DNA of 64,000 nt from Atractiella rhizophila (GCA_021432655.1 MU271282.1:1-64000), one strand, 5' to 3'; positions 38,570 to 51,285 are shown, counted from the first letter of the stretch. Notes: a model not told the origin generated them from the letters alone. Numbers and translations are program-made.

Positions 38570-39737
38570 AAGCAGCAATGACTCTGCATCGCTCTAACCT
38601 CAGGAACTCGGCGATGAGAAGTATATTGTCTCACCTGGTATCCAGCATCCACAACATTTTTCCCTTCCTGATATGCTTTAACCCAACGATGCATTCTGTG
38701 CTCAAACCTTCGAATTGTGAGGACAGAAACTGATTTCAAACCACGTGGGACAGTTTGACGTAATTCCTCGAAAGTGTATGCACAGTTTTCTATATTACCT
38801 TCCTTTCAGCACCAATAGCAGCTATGCTACACAGGGAAAAGAGCCTTAAGACATACCTCGGACAAATCGTTTAGCAGCACCCCAGAAAAACTCAATGAAA
38901 GAAAGTTCACAATGAAACTTTGGCAAGAAGATGGCAAGAAGTCCTGCTGCTTCAACAACCTCAGCAACTTCAGGCTTCTATGATTTGAAGTTGGGCTGTA
39001 ATGCCATTAATTTCTCTGAGCAGAAGTAAGTGCCAATTACATTTGTGCAAGTAAACTTACCGGCACAGCATGTTCCATCTTCATGATGATCGGCTTTCTT
39101 CTTGCACCTTGCCTTTAAACCTCTGGACGGCCATAGGCCTCGCTCTGACAACACCACTCCTAATAAAGCAGTTAGCTTCTATGAAATAAATATAAGCATA
39201 ATAACTTTTGCCTGACCGGCCCTGGGATGTCCTTCTTCAAATACCATCTTCTGTGGAATTGTAACACCCTGTCTCTCAAACCAACCATCTCGCAGAATAG
39301 ATTGACTGCCACCTGGCCCGAGATTCATCTTTGTTGCCACCAAAGCGTCTGTGGCAAAAGCTCCATGACCGGTGGAATTATCGAACATGATAAGGGCTTG
39401 ATCTCCCGGATGAAGCTTCTCAAAGACTGGGATGAACTTGTCCCGAACCCAATTGAAAAGACTGATCAAGAGGGAAAGTAAAATTTAAGAGGGAACTAAC
39501 CTGTGCTATGAGTTTCACTGTGTCCCAATATCCTTCATAATTCTTTCCATACTCCATACCAACTCCAGCATCTTCCATCCAGCCAATAGTTGAAGAGACA
39601 AAGTCTGACCGAAGAATTCCACAACCTTGCCCCTTCTTCCATAAGTCTGCCTGACCATGGAGATACGACCCAAACTTCTTCCCATCGTTTGCCGTAAAAG
39701 TGGATTCATCATGCGAGCACAGTATATTCCAACTCAC
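38570..39737 (-). mobile_element. Tc1/IS630-like DDE transposase remnant with introns
   Basis: [42 protein letters not shown]...RW..AY. In-frame TAG near 38980; N-terminus missing. Confidence 0.8.
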
Positions 39738-39899
39738 ATGTGTTCACTTTCTTCCCCTCATGGTAGGCAAACATATTCTTCTGGCACACAACCTGAGAAA
39801 ACCCAAAATGCGCTGTAGAGATCGCGTGCGGCACTTCCGGCATGTGCGGCGCTTCCGGCAAAGCATGAAATTTGCGGGGGCTGCTGCGCACAGCATTAT

Positions 39900-40377
39900 C
39901 GGCTTTGTGGGCCTCTTCACTGGTTCAAATCCAGGAGGGAACACGTTTTTTCATGACTTTAAAATAAAATTTCCTTGCACTTTCAGAAAGGCGCAAACAT
40001 ATACAGTAAGATGGTGGACTTCATTTCATTTCAATGTGCCTGGTGAGGGAGGTATGAGGGCTCAAAAGTGCGTTTTATGACTCACGCCAAGAACTGATGA
40101 ATCTTAGAAGAGAAGAATAGAAGAATAGAAAAGCACGACAGGGTTGACCATGACTCACGCATGTACTTTTGAGCGCTTATATCGCCGCCCACAACAACCC
40201 TTTCAGAATTCTAGGTATACCCCCAGAATACGTGTGTCAGTGCCTTTCGAAGCGTATACAGCAAAGACCATTTTGAGACACGAAAAAAAAATTGTTTTCA
40301 CGAGTGAGTCAGGTGACTTCTCCCCGAGGGGGACGAGGGTGCCGCTCAGCTTGTCTTATTAGAGGAATATAGATAGA
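39900..40377 (-). mobile_element. Helitron 5' region of the 56534-type family, interrupted by the mini-Helitron at 40102-40353
   Basis: 39960-40095 is the reverse complement of 56560-56695, and similarity resumes after 40353. Confidence 0.55.
40102..40353 (+). mobile_element. Complete mini-Helitron (252 bp), A|TC...hairpin...CTTG|T
   Basis: TC at 40102 after A. Body shared with the 6654(-) and 30979(+) copies. CCCGAG..ACGAGGG hairpin; CTTG at 40350-40353 then T. Confidence 0.7.
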
Positions 40378-40611
40378 TGAATCTTAGAGGAATAGATAGA
40401 AGAAGAAGAATAGATGCTTGATAATTGGCTCAAGGAACGGCGAGGGGCTACGGTGATATTTCACAAATATGCAAGACTGCAGTGCGAGTCCCAACACTTT
40501 TGTGGCTGGCATTTGCAGGGAAAGTTATTTCTCTTAAGTACGAATGAAATGTATTCTAATCGCTTCTGCGACTCGCATTTGCAGTGCTTACAGATCCGTA
40601 TCTCGTCAGAC

Positions 40612-42613
40612 ATGCCTGAGAAGCGGCGCCAGCCCGCCTCAGCAGTTGTTCCCCAACAACCTGCACTCAAGAAATTCACGCATAATTTCTTCGATCCTGA
40701 AGTTGCGCATCTCAGGAAGATTTACCTTTCGGTACCCTAAAGCTTTGCTGTTGTGGTGATACAACTCCTGACTTGCCGTCCTGCAACAGACGCTGGCAAA
40801 AATCACAGTCGCTATCACCTTACTCATCTGGACGGCTCTGCCAATGTGCGCGCTGTTTGCCCATGTTTTCACGGAAAGTTGAGCCCAAATTGGTTTCGCA
40901 GTTATTGGGGTTCGCAAGACCACACCACAGAGCATAAGGGTCACTACGAAAAGCTGGACGTTGTTATAGCGGACTACGACAACAACTCTCTCATCTCCCA
41001 AATCGTCTTTCAAACCTTTGCGTCCGCTTCTCAAGGCATAGCAACCCCGCATTATGTGAATCTGCCCTATGAAAAAGCCATAGCGCGGTATGCGGCGGAC
41101 CCCAAGGCCTGGCCGCTGGAGTTGTTGAGCATGACGCTTGGGCAGCAGTCGTCAGTTCCTGTCTCACGCTTTGTTTTCTTGTTGGTTTTCCGCTAACAAC
41201 GAAATAAAAAGTCAATCCTGGAGCCTACGCCTCGCTCCAGAACGCACTGAACGGGTCGAATACGACATACGAAGCTTCCTCCGCCCTCACCTTCTATGGA
41301 GTGGAGGCTAGTAATAACGTCAGTTTTCCTTCGTCTGCATTAATTAACGGAGTAGCTGAGAATCTGCATGCAGATGGTCTACGGCCCGATCCTCTCAGCT
41401 GTTCAAAAACCGCTCACACAGGCTTGTGTCACGTTCGCTGCTCAAACCGTTCGTGCGTCGGCTGCAAACGCAGCCACAAGTCCCCAATTATTAGTCCAAC
41501 CAATATTCTATGCGGTACCCCTCTCTACGCATCTTCAAACTGCTGCTGACTGCACGAATGCAGATAAACAACCTGCGGCCGTACGACATCTCCATCGCGA
41601 CCGCCCTTCTACTCGTCGGTTTGATTCTATTGCTCATCCTTGCGTGAGTCTCGCCACTCTCCAATTGATGAAATATCTTAAAGCACGAACTAAAACAGCT
41701 TTATTTTCACAATGATGAACTACGGAATACGGCAGGTAATCGCTCCTTACCTCAACTTGCGTTCGTTGGTCCTCGTCAGACTCGCTTTACCTCCCGTTCT
41801 TTACTTTATCCCCAGTCTTTTGGGTGTGCGTCATCTCTTTCTTTCGTAAACTGTCATTTGCGAGCGGAGACATGCGACGATCACAGGTCACTCGTTAGTT
41901 ACGCTTTTCAAGTTCCTTTTGATAGGAAGTTTGGCGATTCAGGATTCTTGGTTTTCTGGGCTGGTGCGTTGCAAGCTTGCAACTCTTTTCAGTGGTACTA
42001 ACATTATGTGGTGCGAAAGTAAACTACTGCTCCATGCTCGCTTTGGGTCTTGCGACAGAAGCAATGATTACGCTCACAACTCCGCACTTCATCGCCTTCT
42101 TCCTTATTTTCTGGATAGTTTCCAACGTTTCAGTTGCAGGTGGTTAGTACTCTCCGCTCTTGATCATTTTTGTCAATTGCTGAAGTGCTCTTGATAGTGC
42201 CTCCGGAGGTAAGTTTCACGAGAAATCCCGCCGTCAATCGTAAGACTCAGACTGATTGTCGTACCAGCTCCAATACCATCTTTATCACTATGGCTTCGCC
42301 ATGCCTTTTTACAATGTTTGTGCTTACTCACTGGCAACCTACACCTGCTCACTGTCAGCGACTTGCAGGCGTCAAATGCCATCCGGACCATTCTATTCTC
42401 CACTAAAAACCAAGTGGGACAGAACATCGGCATCCTCCTCGTTTGGGTCTTCGTCTCGTGCATGTAAGAGCCCTGTTCCCCTGCTCAACTTGATTCTCAC
42501 ACCAGTCCAGTACCATACCACTATTTCAAGCGTTCATGCGCCAGTTCGAAGTGCGTAACGCCAAGGTTCTAGAGAGGGAGGAAAAGGGCGACCTAATCGA
42601 TGGCGAAGATTGA
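40612..42613 (+). CDS. SNG1/DUF3533-family membrane protein (nitrosoguanidine-resistance-like), multi-exon
   Basis: HNFFDP, YWGS, VVIADYD, MLALGLATEAMITLTTPHFIAFFLIFWI, GFAMPFYN, AIRTILFSTKNQVGQNIGILLVW. TGA at 42611-42613. Confidence 0.8.
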
Positions 42614-43624
42614 TCACGGTATGGCAACTGAGTTCTTGTCTCCCTGTGCCAGTGATTTTTTGCAGTCCCTATCGAAGCATCACATTTATTGACAATGGGT
42701 GAAATAGCATGTAGGTATTGCTCATATTTTGTATCAAAAGGATGAACATCCCTTGTAACTCGCTCGAATATGGCGTTTTACTTCACTCCAAGCGTTCCCT
42801 CAAAATCTCAAGCATCAAGAATGTGAATACAGGCCAACACAACTACACGACTTTGTTTCCCTTTTGGACAAAGCTCAGCTATTAACTTGAAGTCATCGCG
42901 TCCAACATTCTGTCGTTGATCAACTGGGATCAACCAAGATTCCCTGGTAACCAGCTCAATCAGCGCTCATTGGTCAGCCTTCGACATCCCTCATTTCGCT
43001 TTACTCAAAGTTAAATCATTAGACTTAGGGTTAGCATCTTCTTGTACGTTGATATGTCCTAGTAGCATTCGATACTAACGGGTCGACATTGATTGGCCGA
43101 CTACGACCATCTATCCTGTCGATTGCGCCAATCATCTCCTTCACGTCACAATTCTGTGCCATTTTCGGTTTCATCTTCATCTCTGGACTTTATTTCGTCT
43201 GCGGATAAGGCAGAGTCCAGAAACAAATATCGCTACAGTTGATTTGATGCAGACGGGAGCCATATGCGAAATGATATGAAATTGCTTTGCGCAGGATAAT
43301 ACGAACGGGGTCCGCGTCAAGTGAAGTAAGGAGAGGCTGCCGCCGCCCAGGAAAAGCAACATCTCTACCAGAGCGGACTTCCAAGAGCGGGCAAAGTTCA
43401 GACTTGAGCGATAAGCTTTGTTCATAAACAGCATAAATTTTGCTTATGAGCACTACAGGAAGTAGTGCTTTAAACTCCAGCTTGATACCTTGTACGGCGA
43501 CGCTCTCCACATTGTGAGGGTACTTTCTAGAGATGAGGATATTAACCAGCACCAGAACGTCGAAACATGTCGAACAGCGGTGCAACTAAGAACAGTCGGA
43601 ACAGCTCTCAAAGATAAGTGAGAG

Positions 43625-43993
43625 AGAAAGGTGAAGGAAGAAGATGACAAGCCAGAAAGGAAGATGGTGGCGCCACAATTGCAGGTGAAGGACCTTCTAG
43701 ACACTGACAAAGGAGATTTAGACCTCATTGAGCGACTTGAACAGCAGGGCCTTCCGACAAACGAAGACAGTGTCATCCGAGGATCCAAGGCAACAAATGA
43801 GGCATGGGAAGCAGCAAACATAATCAATCTTGACAACCCGGCACTTATTGCTTTCATGAAGCAGGAGGATCCCCAAAAAGCATTGGAAGGACAGGGGACT
43901 GAACAAAAAACTGCAAAAAAGGTGGACAAAGCGGGCTGGACTCTTCAAGAACAGATGCAAATATTTCTCTTTTAGGTGCGGGCTAAACTCACA
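43625..43993 (+). repeat. Inverted duplicate of the hAT transposase 3' end (partner arm 44291-44658)
   Basis: The two arms encode near-identical peptides (KEEDDKPERK...VDKAGWT) on opposite strands. Confidence 0.95.
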
Positions 43994-44334
43994 AGCTTCC
44001 AATCAACTGATTTGAGCTGTTCTTTGTTGAAATTTCAAAACACAGACTTCGCACCCACCCCTGCTAATTTGTTGCAGAACACATACCTATGGCTCCGTTG
44101 CATGACATCAAATGATCAATTCTAATTCTTCGTCTTGATGAAAGCGAAAGCTAAATAAGGTGTTTCATGAAGCTGTAGCACTTGCGAACACATCTGTACT
44201 AACAACCGTATAAAATACAGTATAATAGGTTTGGCGCAAGCTGTTTAAGCCACTGGAGGGGCTGAACTATCGGCCAAGCAGTCTGATACCTGTGAATTAG
44301 CCCGCACCTAAAAGAGAAATATTTGTATCTGTTC

Positions 44335-46471
44335 TCAAATAGTCCAGCCTGCTTTGTCGACCTTTTTTGCAGTTTTTTGTCGAGTCTCCTGTCCTTCCAA
44401 TGCTTTTTGGGGATCCTCCTGCTTCATGAAAGCAATAAGTGCCGGGTTGTCAAGATTGATTATGTTTGCTGCTTCCCATGCCTCATTTGTTGCCTTGGAT
44501 CCTCGGATGACACTGTCTTCATCCGTCGGAAGGCCCTGCTGTTCAAGTCGCTCAATGAGGTCTAAATCTCCTTCGTCAGTGTCTAGAAGGTCCTTCACCT
44601 GCAATTGTGGCGCCACCATCTTCCTTTCTGGCTTGTCATCTTCTTCCTTCACCTTTCTTTCTTCTTTTCCTTCCTGCATGTAGCTCTCACGGCACATCAC
44701 CATGTTGACCAGTGTTGAGGAATCCAAAATTGCACGATATTTATTTGCCATCCAAGTCATGACAGACATCTTTCGTTCATCTGGGACTGATGTTGGGAGG
44801 ACTAAAAAGAGCTTGATCATGATCTTCGCTAGGGCTGCCTCCTCAGCAGCTGGATGATGCACATAGTTCTTCCACCAATCTAGTGGTTTATCCTGTTGCA
44901 GACAAAAGCTTCTCCCAAACAAACTGTCTTGTGTCATCCACCTTCGCACTGTCATGTTGAAAATTTGCACTGTTTCTCCGTTTTCATTTTCGCTCGTGAT
45001 CTCCTCTTCTGCAGTATGAAGGAGGTGGAGTTCATGTCCAATCTGACTCTTCAGAGATGGGCTCTCCATCTTAAGAACATTGCTTCTTCCCCAGCATGAA
45101 GGCAGCAAGATAGACATCTGTAGAAGATGTATAGATGGATCGACAGGATGCATTGCGTGCAGCTATAATATGATTCCAACGCCGATTGACAATTTCTCTG
45201 ATTTTCACTTCAATCTCTTTTAAAACGTCTTCTGGCGCCGCCTTTTCAAATACCGTGTGGAGATGGGCAATAATCGCACTCCAATGGAGGAAAACATCGG
45301 CAAGTGTAACACTTGTGGCCAGAAGCTCTTTGATTGCACATGAAATGGGGCATACACCTTTATAAGAGTGTTATTTCGCTCTCGGAAGTCAAACGAAGCA
45401 CCGCCTTCAGAAAAAAGCTGGTTGAAGTTGACCTTGAGTTTTTGTTGTGCAGACGTTGTTCTGAAAATGATGGTTCCAGTTTCAATAAGGTAGGAAAGGG
45501 GGGGAAAGCCTCTTTTCATTGAGAGGGCAGTATCATAGTTCCCTCCCCACCTTGTAGTTCCAGAGCGGACTAGTAGGCGGCTGATGCCTTCTGTCTTCGC
45601 CCGTTGTTCAAGTGAGTTGTATGCATAAGTGGATTTAGAGAAGAAGCCGACAATAGATGTATTTTCTTTGATAGTCTGGTCAAAGATCTTCAATTCCTTG
45701 GCTATATCTTTCATTGTGTTGTCAAGATGGTGGTCTGGATCAAAGCAGTTGATGATGCATGGCCATTTTGCCACAAGCTCCGCCTTTGCAACAAGCACAT
45801 TGCGAGTATTGTCACTAACAATCAGGGCAAATTTGCGAAAACCAATCTTCTCCATGTCGGACTCAAGGTTGGAGGCAATGTGCTGTCCAGTGTGTGACAT
45901 GAGGTTGTGACTGTGTCCAGCGACGAGAATAGACCGCCGAGAATCGGGGAGTGTTACGTTGGACGTGTAGAACTGTCATTGCTGATTGTGATACCACCGC
46001 AAATGAGATTGTAAGGTTTCTTTCATTGCTAAAGAGTGACATCTGATCCATTCGGACTCTAGCGGCCTCTGCAGGCAACAAAAAATAGGCAAAACGGCTA
46101 GCAGACGGAAGGAGATAGTTGGGATTGATGTGGGAGACAAAATCACGGAAGAAGTAGTTATTAAGAAGGCAGAATGACCGATTATTTGTGAGTATGGCTC
46201 TGACCAACTCGTAAGAGGTACGTTGCTCCCAATATTCCTGAACATAACTATCCAGCGTCCCGTTGCTGGACCGAGTAACCATTACATCCTTGGCTGAAGG
46301 GGGAACAGGAACTGGCAGTGGACCTTGAACTTGGCCATATTTTCGTGGACGTCCCTCATGTATCCAGTCCCCAATCACTGTTTCCAACTCGTCATTCAGA
46401 TTTCCATGAAGAGGAAGCCTTATGCTTAGTCTCATAAGGGTTGTTAGAGCTGCTTCGAAATCTGCATCCAT
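44335..46471 (-). mobile_element. hAT transposase (DUF659-type core plus dimerisation domain), frameshifted
   Basis: SHTGQHIA, VSDNTRNV, DPDHHLD, TTRWG, PLDWWK, LAKIMIKLF...PTSVPDERKMS. Confidence 0.88.
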
Positions 46472-46952
46472 GAGAGAGATGTTTGGGGGCGGTCTACAAG
46501 TTGTTGAGGAAGGGAATGTTCAAAAGGTGGCTGTGCAGAGGGTTCTTAAGAATTTTAGAGCTTCACAAGCTTCAAATTGCATCAGGAGCTAGTAAATGTG
46601 TTTGCCGGAACTCACAACCAATTTGTCCCAATCGAACCAAAAACCATCTTTGTGAGCACTCTCAGTGTTGAACCGAATCATACCTGGTATCATACCACTC
46701 AGTATTGAACCCAATCTCAATCCACCGCACGCTGGATAGGATATTCATTACGAGATGAGCCAATCACAGACTCCGAACACTTCAAGCTTCGCACGAAAGG
46801 CGAGATTTTACGAAGGTATGAGAAAGAACGCCTATGCTGCTTCTTCTGCTACCCGCTTCACAATCATCCCAACTTCAGCCTCCCCCCACATCGTCTCAGG
46901 AACAGTATGTCCGTGATTTTCCTCTACCAACCATCAATACGCCGCTGGTATG

Positions 46953-47196
46953 TGATAAATGTGTGAGTGCTGTGAAGTGCGAGATAACAAATGTAGGGAA
47001 GCTACATTGCCTGTGAAGTGCGAGATAACAAATAAGGATGAGTCTCACACTTGCAGGTGAAGGGCTTTTATAGCTAAGATCCCCGTGGCAAAAAGAGAAG
47101 TTGCCACAGTTCCAGAACACGCTCGACGAAAGTGGAAACAGCGCAAGTACGCGCAAGTGCGCAAGTGGCGAAAGGAGCAGGCGTACGATCTTGTCA
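46953..47196 (-). mobile_element. Solo Copia LTR (244 bp) with TSD GTATG
   Basis: TG...CA ends. GTATG at 46948-46952 and 47197-47201. Highly similar to 11620-11807. Confidence 0.95.
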
Positions 47197-47869
47197 GTAT
47201 GCAAACTGTCCCACATGACCAATGGAACAGCCTGCGTGAGTCCCGTGGAGCTGTGGAACATTCTTACAGCTGGTATCCTCCTCAACGTCTGTTCTTCACT
47301 CTTGTCTATCAATTTTTTTAGGATCATTTGTTTTGGGACAGTGACGTAAGACCCCTACTTTTGGCAACGTCAACCAAACACCGTGTCAAATCTTGGAGCC
47401 AGTGCGATGGGGCTTTTTGGAGATGATGAACTGGAGGAGGAACTGGACGGACAGATAGAAATGGAGAACAGAAGTGATAGAGATGAAAACGGCATCCGTG
47501 ACAGTGCGTCCTTCTTAATCTACGCTTGAAGTTAAAGGGATGTGAACGTGTTGGGGATGATTGGACAGTCAGCCGGCCCAAAAGCCAAGTGTGTTCTACC
47601 TGTTCCTATGGATTAGAACTTTGATTGCTCTCTAGCTCTCCTTCACCACCCGCATTCAATCATTGCCGGCTACTCATCGAAGTGGAAAAGTGCCTGGAGA
47701 CTTTGTCACTGACCTGCTTCATACCTCAGACCTCTGTTTCATATGATGCTCTCACAATGACACTTGGTGTTGAAATTTACAGCAAATCCGGCAACGTGAA
47801 AAAGAAAGAGAACGTGCATCTTCGCTTTCTGTACCTCCTGCCATTTACTGACATCTCCCTAGGTGGAGG

Positions 47870-48970
47870 AGGAAGATGAAGATGAAGCTCTATGAATTCA
47901 TTCGATCACTAGCCCTCCAACCTCTCCTCGACGTAAGCGTGCTCAACGTCAAGACCACCCCGTAACTCTGCCCTGCGATACTGGTGGCAAAGCAGTGCCC
48001 ACAGAGGTTACAGATCCTTCCCCCTTCGACGGACACAAGCGTCTCAAGGCTGATGGTCTAAGGGCCGTTATTGCGGAGCGTGCATTCAAGGAAGGGTTAG
48101 AAGATACGTGATACGACTTGCTTATGATCTACCTTCGAACTCGACTGTGGACGGAGAATCCTTGGGCTACGAACGAGACCATTCTCCGTTGGGTTGATGT
48201 GTGGTGTAGGAACCAAAAGCTGGCTGCATTTAGGAAACTGGAGCGCAGAACTGTAATTTCACTAATGGGGTGACAGATCACAGAACTTTTGACGAAGACG
48301 CGAAGTGCATACATCGCTTCCTGCAGGCGTCGAAGACCGGACGTGTACAACCTTGAATGGCTGCCCAGAAAATCCGCCAGCGGGTGAACTCGTGCTTGGA
48401 TCAGAAGCGGTACCTTTATGAGAAGATTGATGTATGTTGCTCCTCAGTGTTCTCATGTTGCAAATGCCAACTAGATATCAGAATGAAACAGGGCGAAAAA
48501 CAGGCGGCTTCAGAGCATTGTTGCTGAAGGATCAGATTGCGGTTTTCTATCAACGCGGTGGAAATACGGACCTTGCTTGTAAACTTCCCGAATACGATAT
48601 CCGCAATCCGTTTCAACACCAGCAGCGCAAGGTTCCTACATCTCTTATTGCATTCACGGCTAATGCGGTATGTTATTCAACTTTGAAGGATCTGTTCTCA
48701 AATGTTCTACTAGATCGAGAAAGGTCTTGAAGACTGGAAGGATGGCACTGGGCCAGGATGTAAACTTCCGGCATGACGAGTAGTTGGGCAAAGAGGTGCA
48801 CGGCTCTTCGGAAGACAATAGCGCAAAGATGTGAACGTCATTCGGGGCCAGTTGTATGAGTTTGCGATGTCGAAAGGAGGCTGGGATCGAAAGGAGGAAG
48901 GTGAGCCGGATTGGGAGGATTATTACACGATGGAGAGTGATGCGGCAGAGGGTAGCGAAGAGGATTAAAA
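47870..48970 (+). pseudogene. DUF6532-like hypothetical protein, degenerate
   Basis: F..LLLKDQI...F....VPTSLIAFTANA and IEKGLEDWKDG...F resemble this basidiomycete family. Apparent frameshift near 48360. Confidence 0.35.
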
Positions 48971-49149
48971 ATATGCCATTCATTCTTGTGCATATTCAAC
49001 ATTCTCACTCGCTTTCTCGTCAAGTATTGGCATAGAGCGGTGCAACTTGTACATAGAATTGCTTGTATATGATCATTAGGTATATAACATTTAGTATATC
49101 TTTCCTAGCAGTCAAAAAGCGCGAAAGCGAAGCAAGAAACGGAAAAGGA

Positions 49150-49424
49150 GGATACGGTTTGGCAAAGCCTCCACCTAGGCTTTATGTCGCCTGGAGGAGT
49201 CAACATGTGTTCGAGGAGGACCACGGAGGCTGCTGGAGGCATGGAGGCGAAGGAGGACCGCTGAATCCGCGTCCCTCCAGGAGGCGAATGGATTCCTAGT
49301 GCCCGCCTCCAGGGGCCTCTAGATTCCTGCCGCTTGCCTCCTATCTGGGGTTTCCTTCAACTCCCTCGAATGCCTCCTCGCCCCTCCGGGCGGCGAATTG
49401 AGGAGAAAAGACATTTTACTGATG
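49150..49424 (+). repeat. Copy 2 of the GGAGG-rich terminus ending ACATTTTACTGATG
   Basis: Homologous to 29500-29705. Confidence 0.65.
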
Positions 49425-50091
49425 GTTGAACCAGTCGCAGGCGAATTGTCGAACTCAGTTTCGTACCTTTTAACTCGTCAACCCTACTTCCCTTCACATT
49501 ATAAATTTGATGAGCAGCCAGTAACATCTTGCCAGGTCGGCTGGTGTCGTGCTGAGGCCGAGATGGTTCAGCTTTCATCGCATACGGTTGCAACTACCCA
49601 GGTACATTATGATCTGATCTCTCATCGGCTCCTCTTGTCATCCTGTTCTATCTGATAACGATGCACAGGAACTGGCCCTTGTCAATGTCATTGTTCCATC
49701 ATGGTCTCCCAAGTTACTCAATCTGTCCATTCTTCCCTCGTTCCTATCTCGCCTGCCTCCGTCCATTCACACGCTCCACATCACTTTCAGATTTGCCTTA
49801 TCCGTTGACTGCTATATGAGGCAGTGGATGGCGGGGTTGTTCTATCCTTCCCTGGAATCCCTCTGGCATTCGCATGACACTTGGGTAAAAAATGGCGGCG
49901 TGGGGAGTGTCTGCATTACCGTCGGCTGGGAAGTGACAGTAACCTTTGGGGATGCTTCATTTGTCGGCTCGGATGGGCAAACACTGATAAAACTCTTCAC
50001 CCGCACGTTTCCTCTGCTTCCAGAAAATCGTTTTCGAGCCATCTTCACCTCCATCGGCCGATTCGGAAATGACGACCTCTTCGTCCCTTTT

Positions 50092-51285
50092 ATGGAAGGG
50101 GAAGCATCATCGTCCCTCAACCACAGTGATGCCACCATTATCCAGCTCTCATTACCCCTCCCTTCTGGCGTTTGCTTTATATCGCGCCTACCGATCGAGC
50201 TCCTCTCCCTCATCTTCGAATTCCTTACAGCTATCGAAGCCTTTGTACGACCCCCCTCGTCGGGTGTCGTAATGAATACAACCTCCATCCTAGGTCAAGT
50301 CTGTCGGCTCTGGAGGCTTGTTTCCGTGCCGCATTACACACCTAAAAGTGTGATGGGGAAGCTTGCTCGTTTGAAACTCTGTTCTAGTGCTGGACGCCTG
50401 TGGAGGGATCTGTCATTTCATCAAGATATCAGCGTGAAGATGGCAAGAGAACTCATTGGAGGTTCGCCGAATGTTCGGCAAATCCATCTGCGGGCATTCT
50501 GGAATGAAGAAGAGGCGAAAATAGTGTTGAATGCAATTGAAGGCTTGACAAGGGTGCAAGGGGTAGCCTTTGGAGGTCTGGGCCGGAGAAAGTGGAGGAA
50601 GGAGGAGGTTGACAATTTTGTTCTGAGGATGAAGGGAAGGATCAAATGGTTCTACGTCCAGGATGTGGAGGACAGTTACTCCTCAAATACCACTTCAGGA
50701 TCAGCACCCCTTCAATTTCCTCCTGGCTTCCAGTCCTTATCACTCGATAGGTACCCGCCTGTTGCATCGCTCTCTCTTCCACACACCCTCTTGCGCTTGC
50801 ATCTCTTCAATATATGTCCACTTCCTCCATCCATCTCAGGCTCTGCTCTGCCGCCGCTTCTAGAATCTCTCTCACTCAAACTTGCGCCTTTCGCAGTTGA
50901 TGGAACTACGTCCATCCTTCCCGTCCCGCTCGACTTATCACACCTCACCCAGCTCACTTACTTGTCCCTTGATGGTGGCGCGGAATCCTCAAACCTGGTT
51001 TCCCGCCAGTTCTTCTGCACTCTCAAAAACGCAAAGGCGATAGAGGAAATACATCTTAGTTACTGTATCATGGACTGGATCGGTTTCCCGGAATTCATTC
51101 GCTGGTTCTTTGGGGTTCGGATAAAGAAAGTCGAGGAGAACGAGACCAGGGTTTTACGGGTTGCTTTATTCTTCGGAGAGTGGCCCGAGGAGGAGATCGT
51201 GATTGCACGGAAGGCGATAGAGGACTTTGACACGAGCGAAGAGGACGAAGCGTCAGGGGTCTGGGAGTCTGACGAGAGCTCGTGA
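50092..51285 (+). CDS. Intronless F-box-like/Leu-rich protein (ORF open from 49816; likely start 50092)
   Basis: ISRLPIELLSLIFEFL...VCRLW, LP..L..L.L repeats, LSLDGGAESSN. Confidence 0.75.
   Translation: MEGEASSSLNHSDATIIQLSLPLPSGVCFISRLPIELLSLIFEFLTAIEAFVRPPSSGVVMNTTSILGQVCRLWRLVSVPHYTPKSVMGKLARLKLCSSAGRLWRDLSFHQDISVKMARELIGGSPNVRQIHLRAFWNEEEAKIVLNAIEGLTRVQGVAFGGLGRRKWRKEEVDNFVLRMKGRIKWFYVQDVEDSYSSNTTSGSAPLQFPPGFQSLSLDRYPPVASLSLPHTLLRLHLFNICPLPPSISGSALPPLLESLSLKLAPFAVDGTTSILPVPLDLSHLTQLTYLSLDGGAESSNLVSRQFFCTLKNAKAIEEIHLSYCIMDWIGFPEFIRWFFGVRIKKVEENETRVLRVALFFGEWPEEEIVIARKAIEDFDTSEEDEASGVWESDESS

Noticed and set aside
11620..47196. LTR copies as the two ends of one giant element
   Set aside because: The orientations are opposite, and the 46953 and 62018 copies each have their own perfect TSD, so they are solo LTRs.
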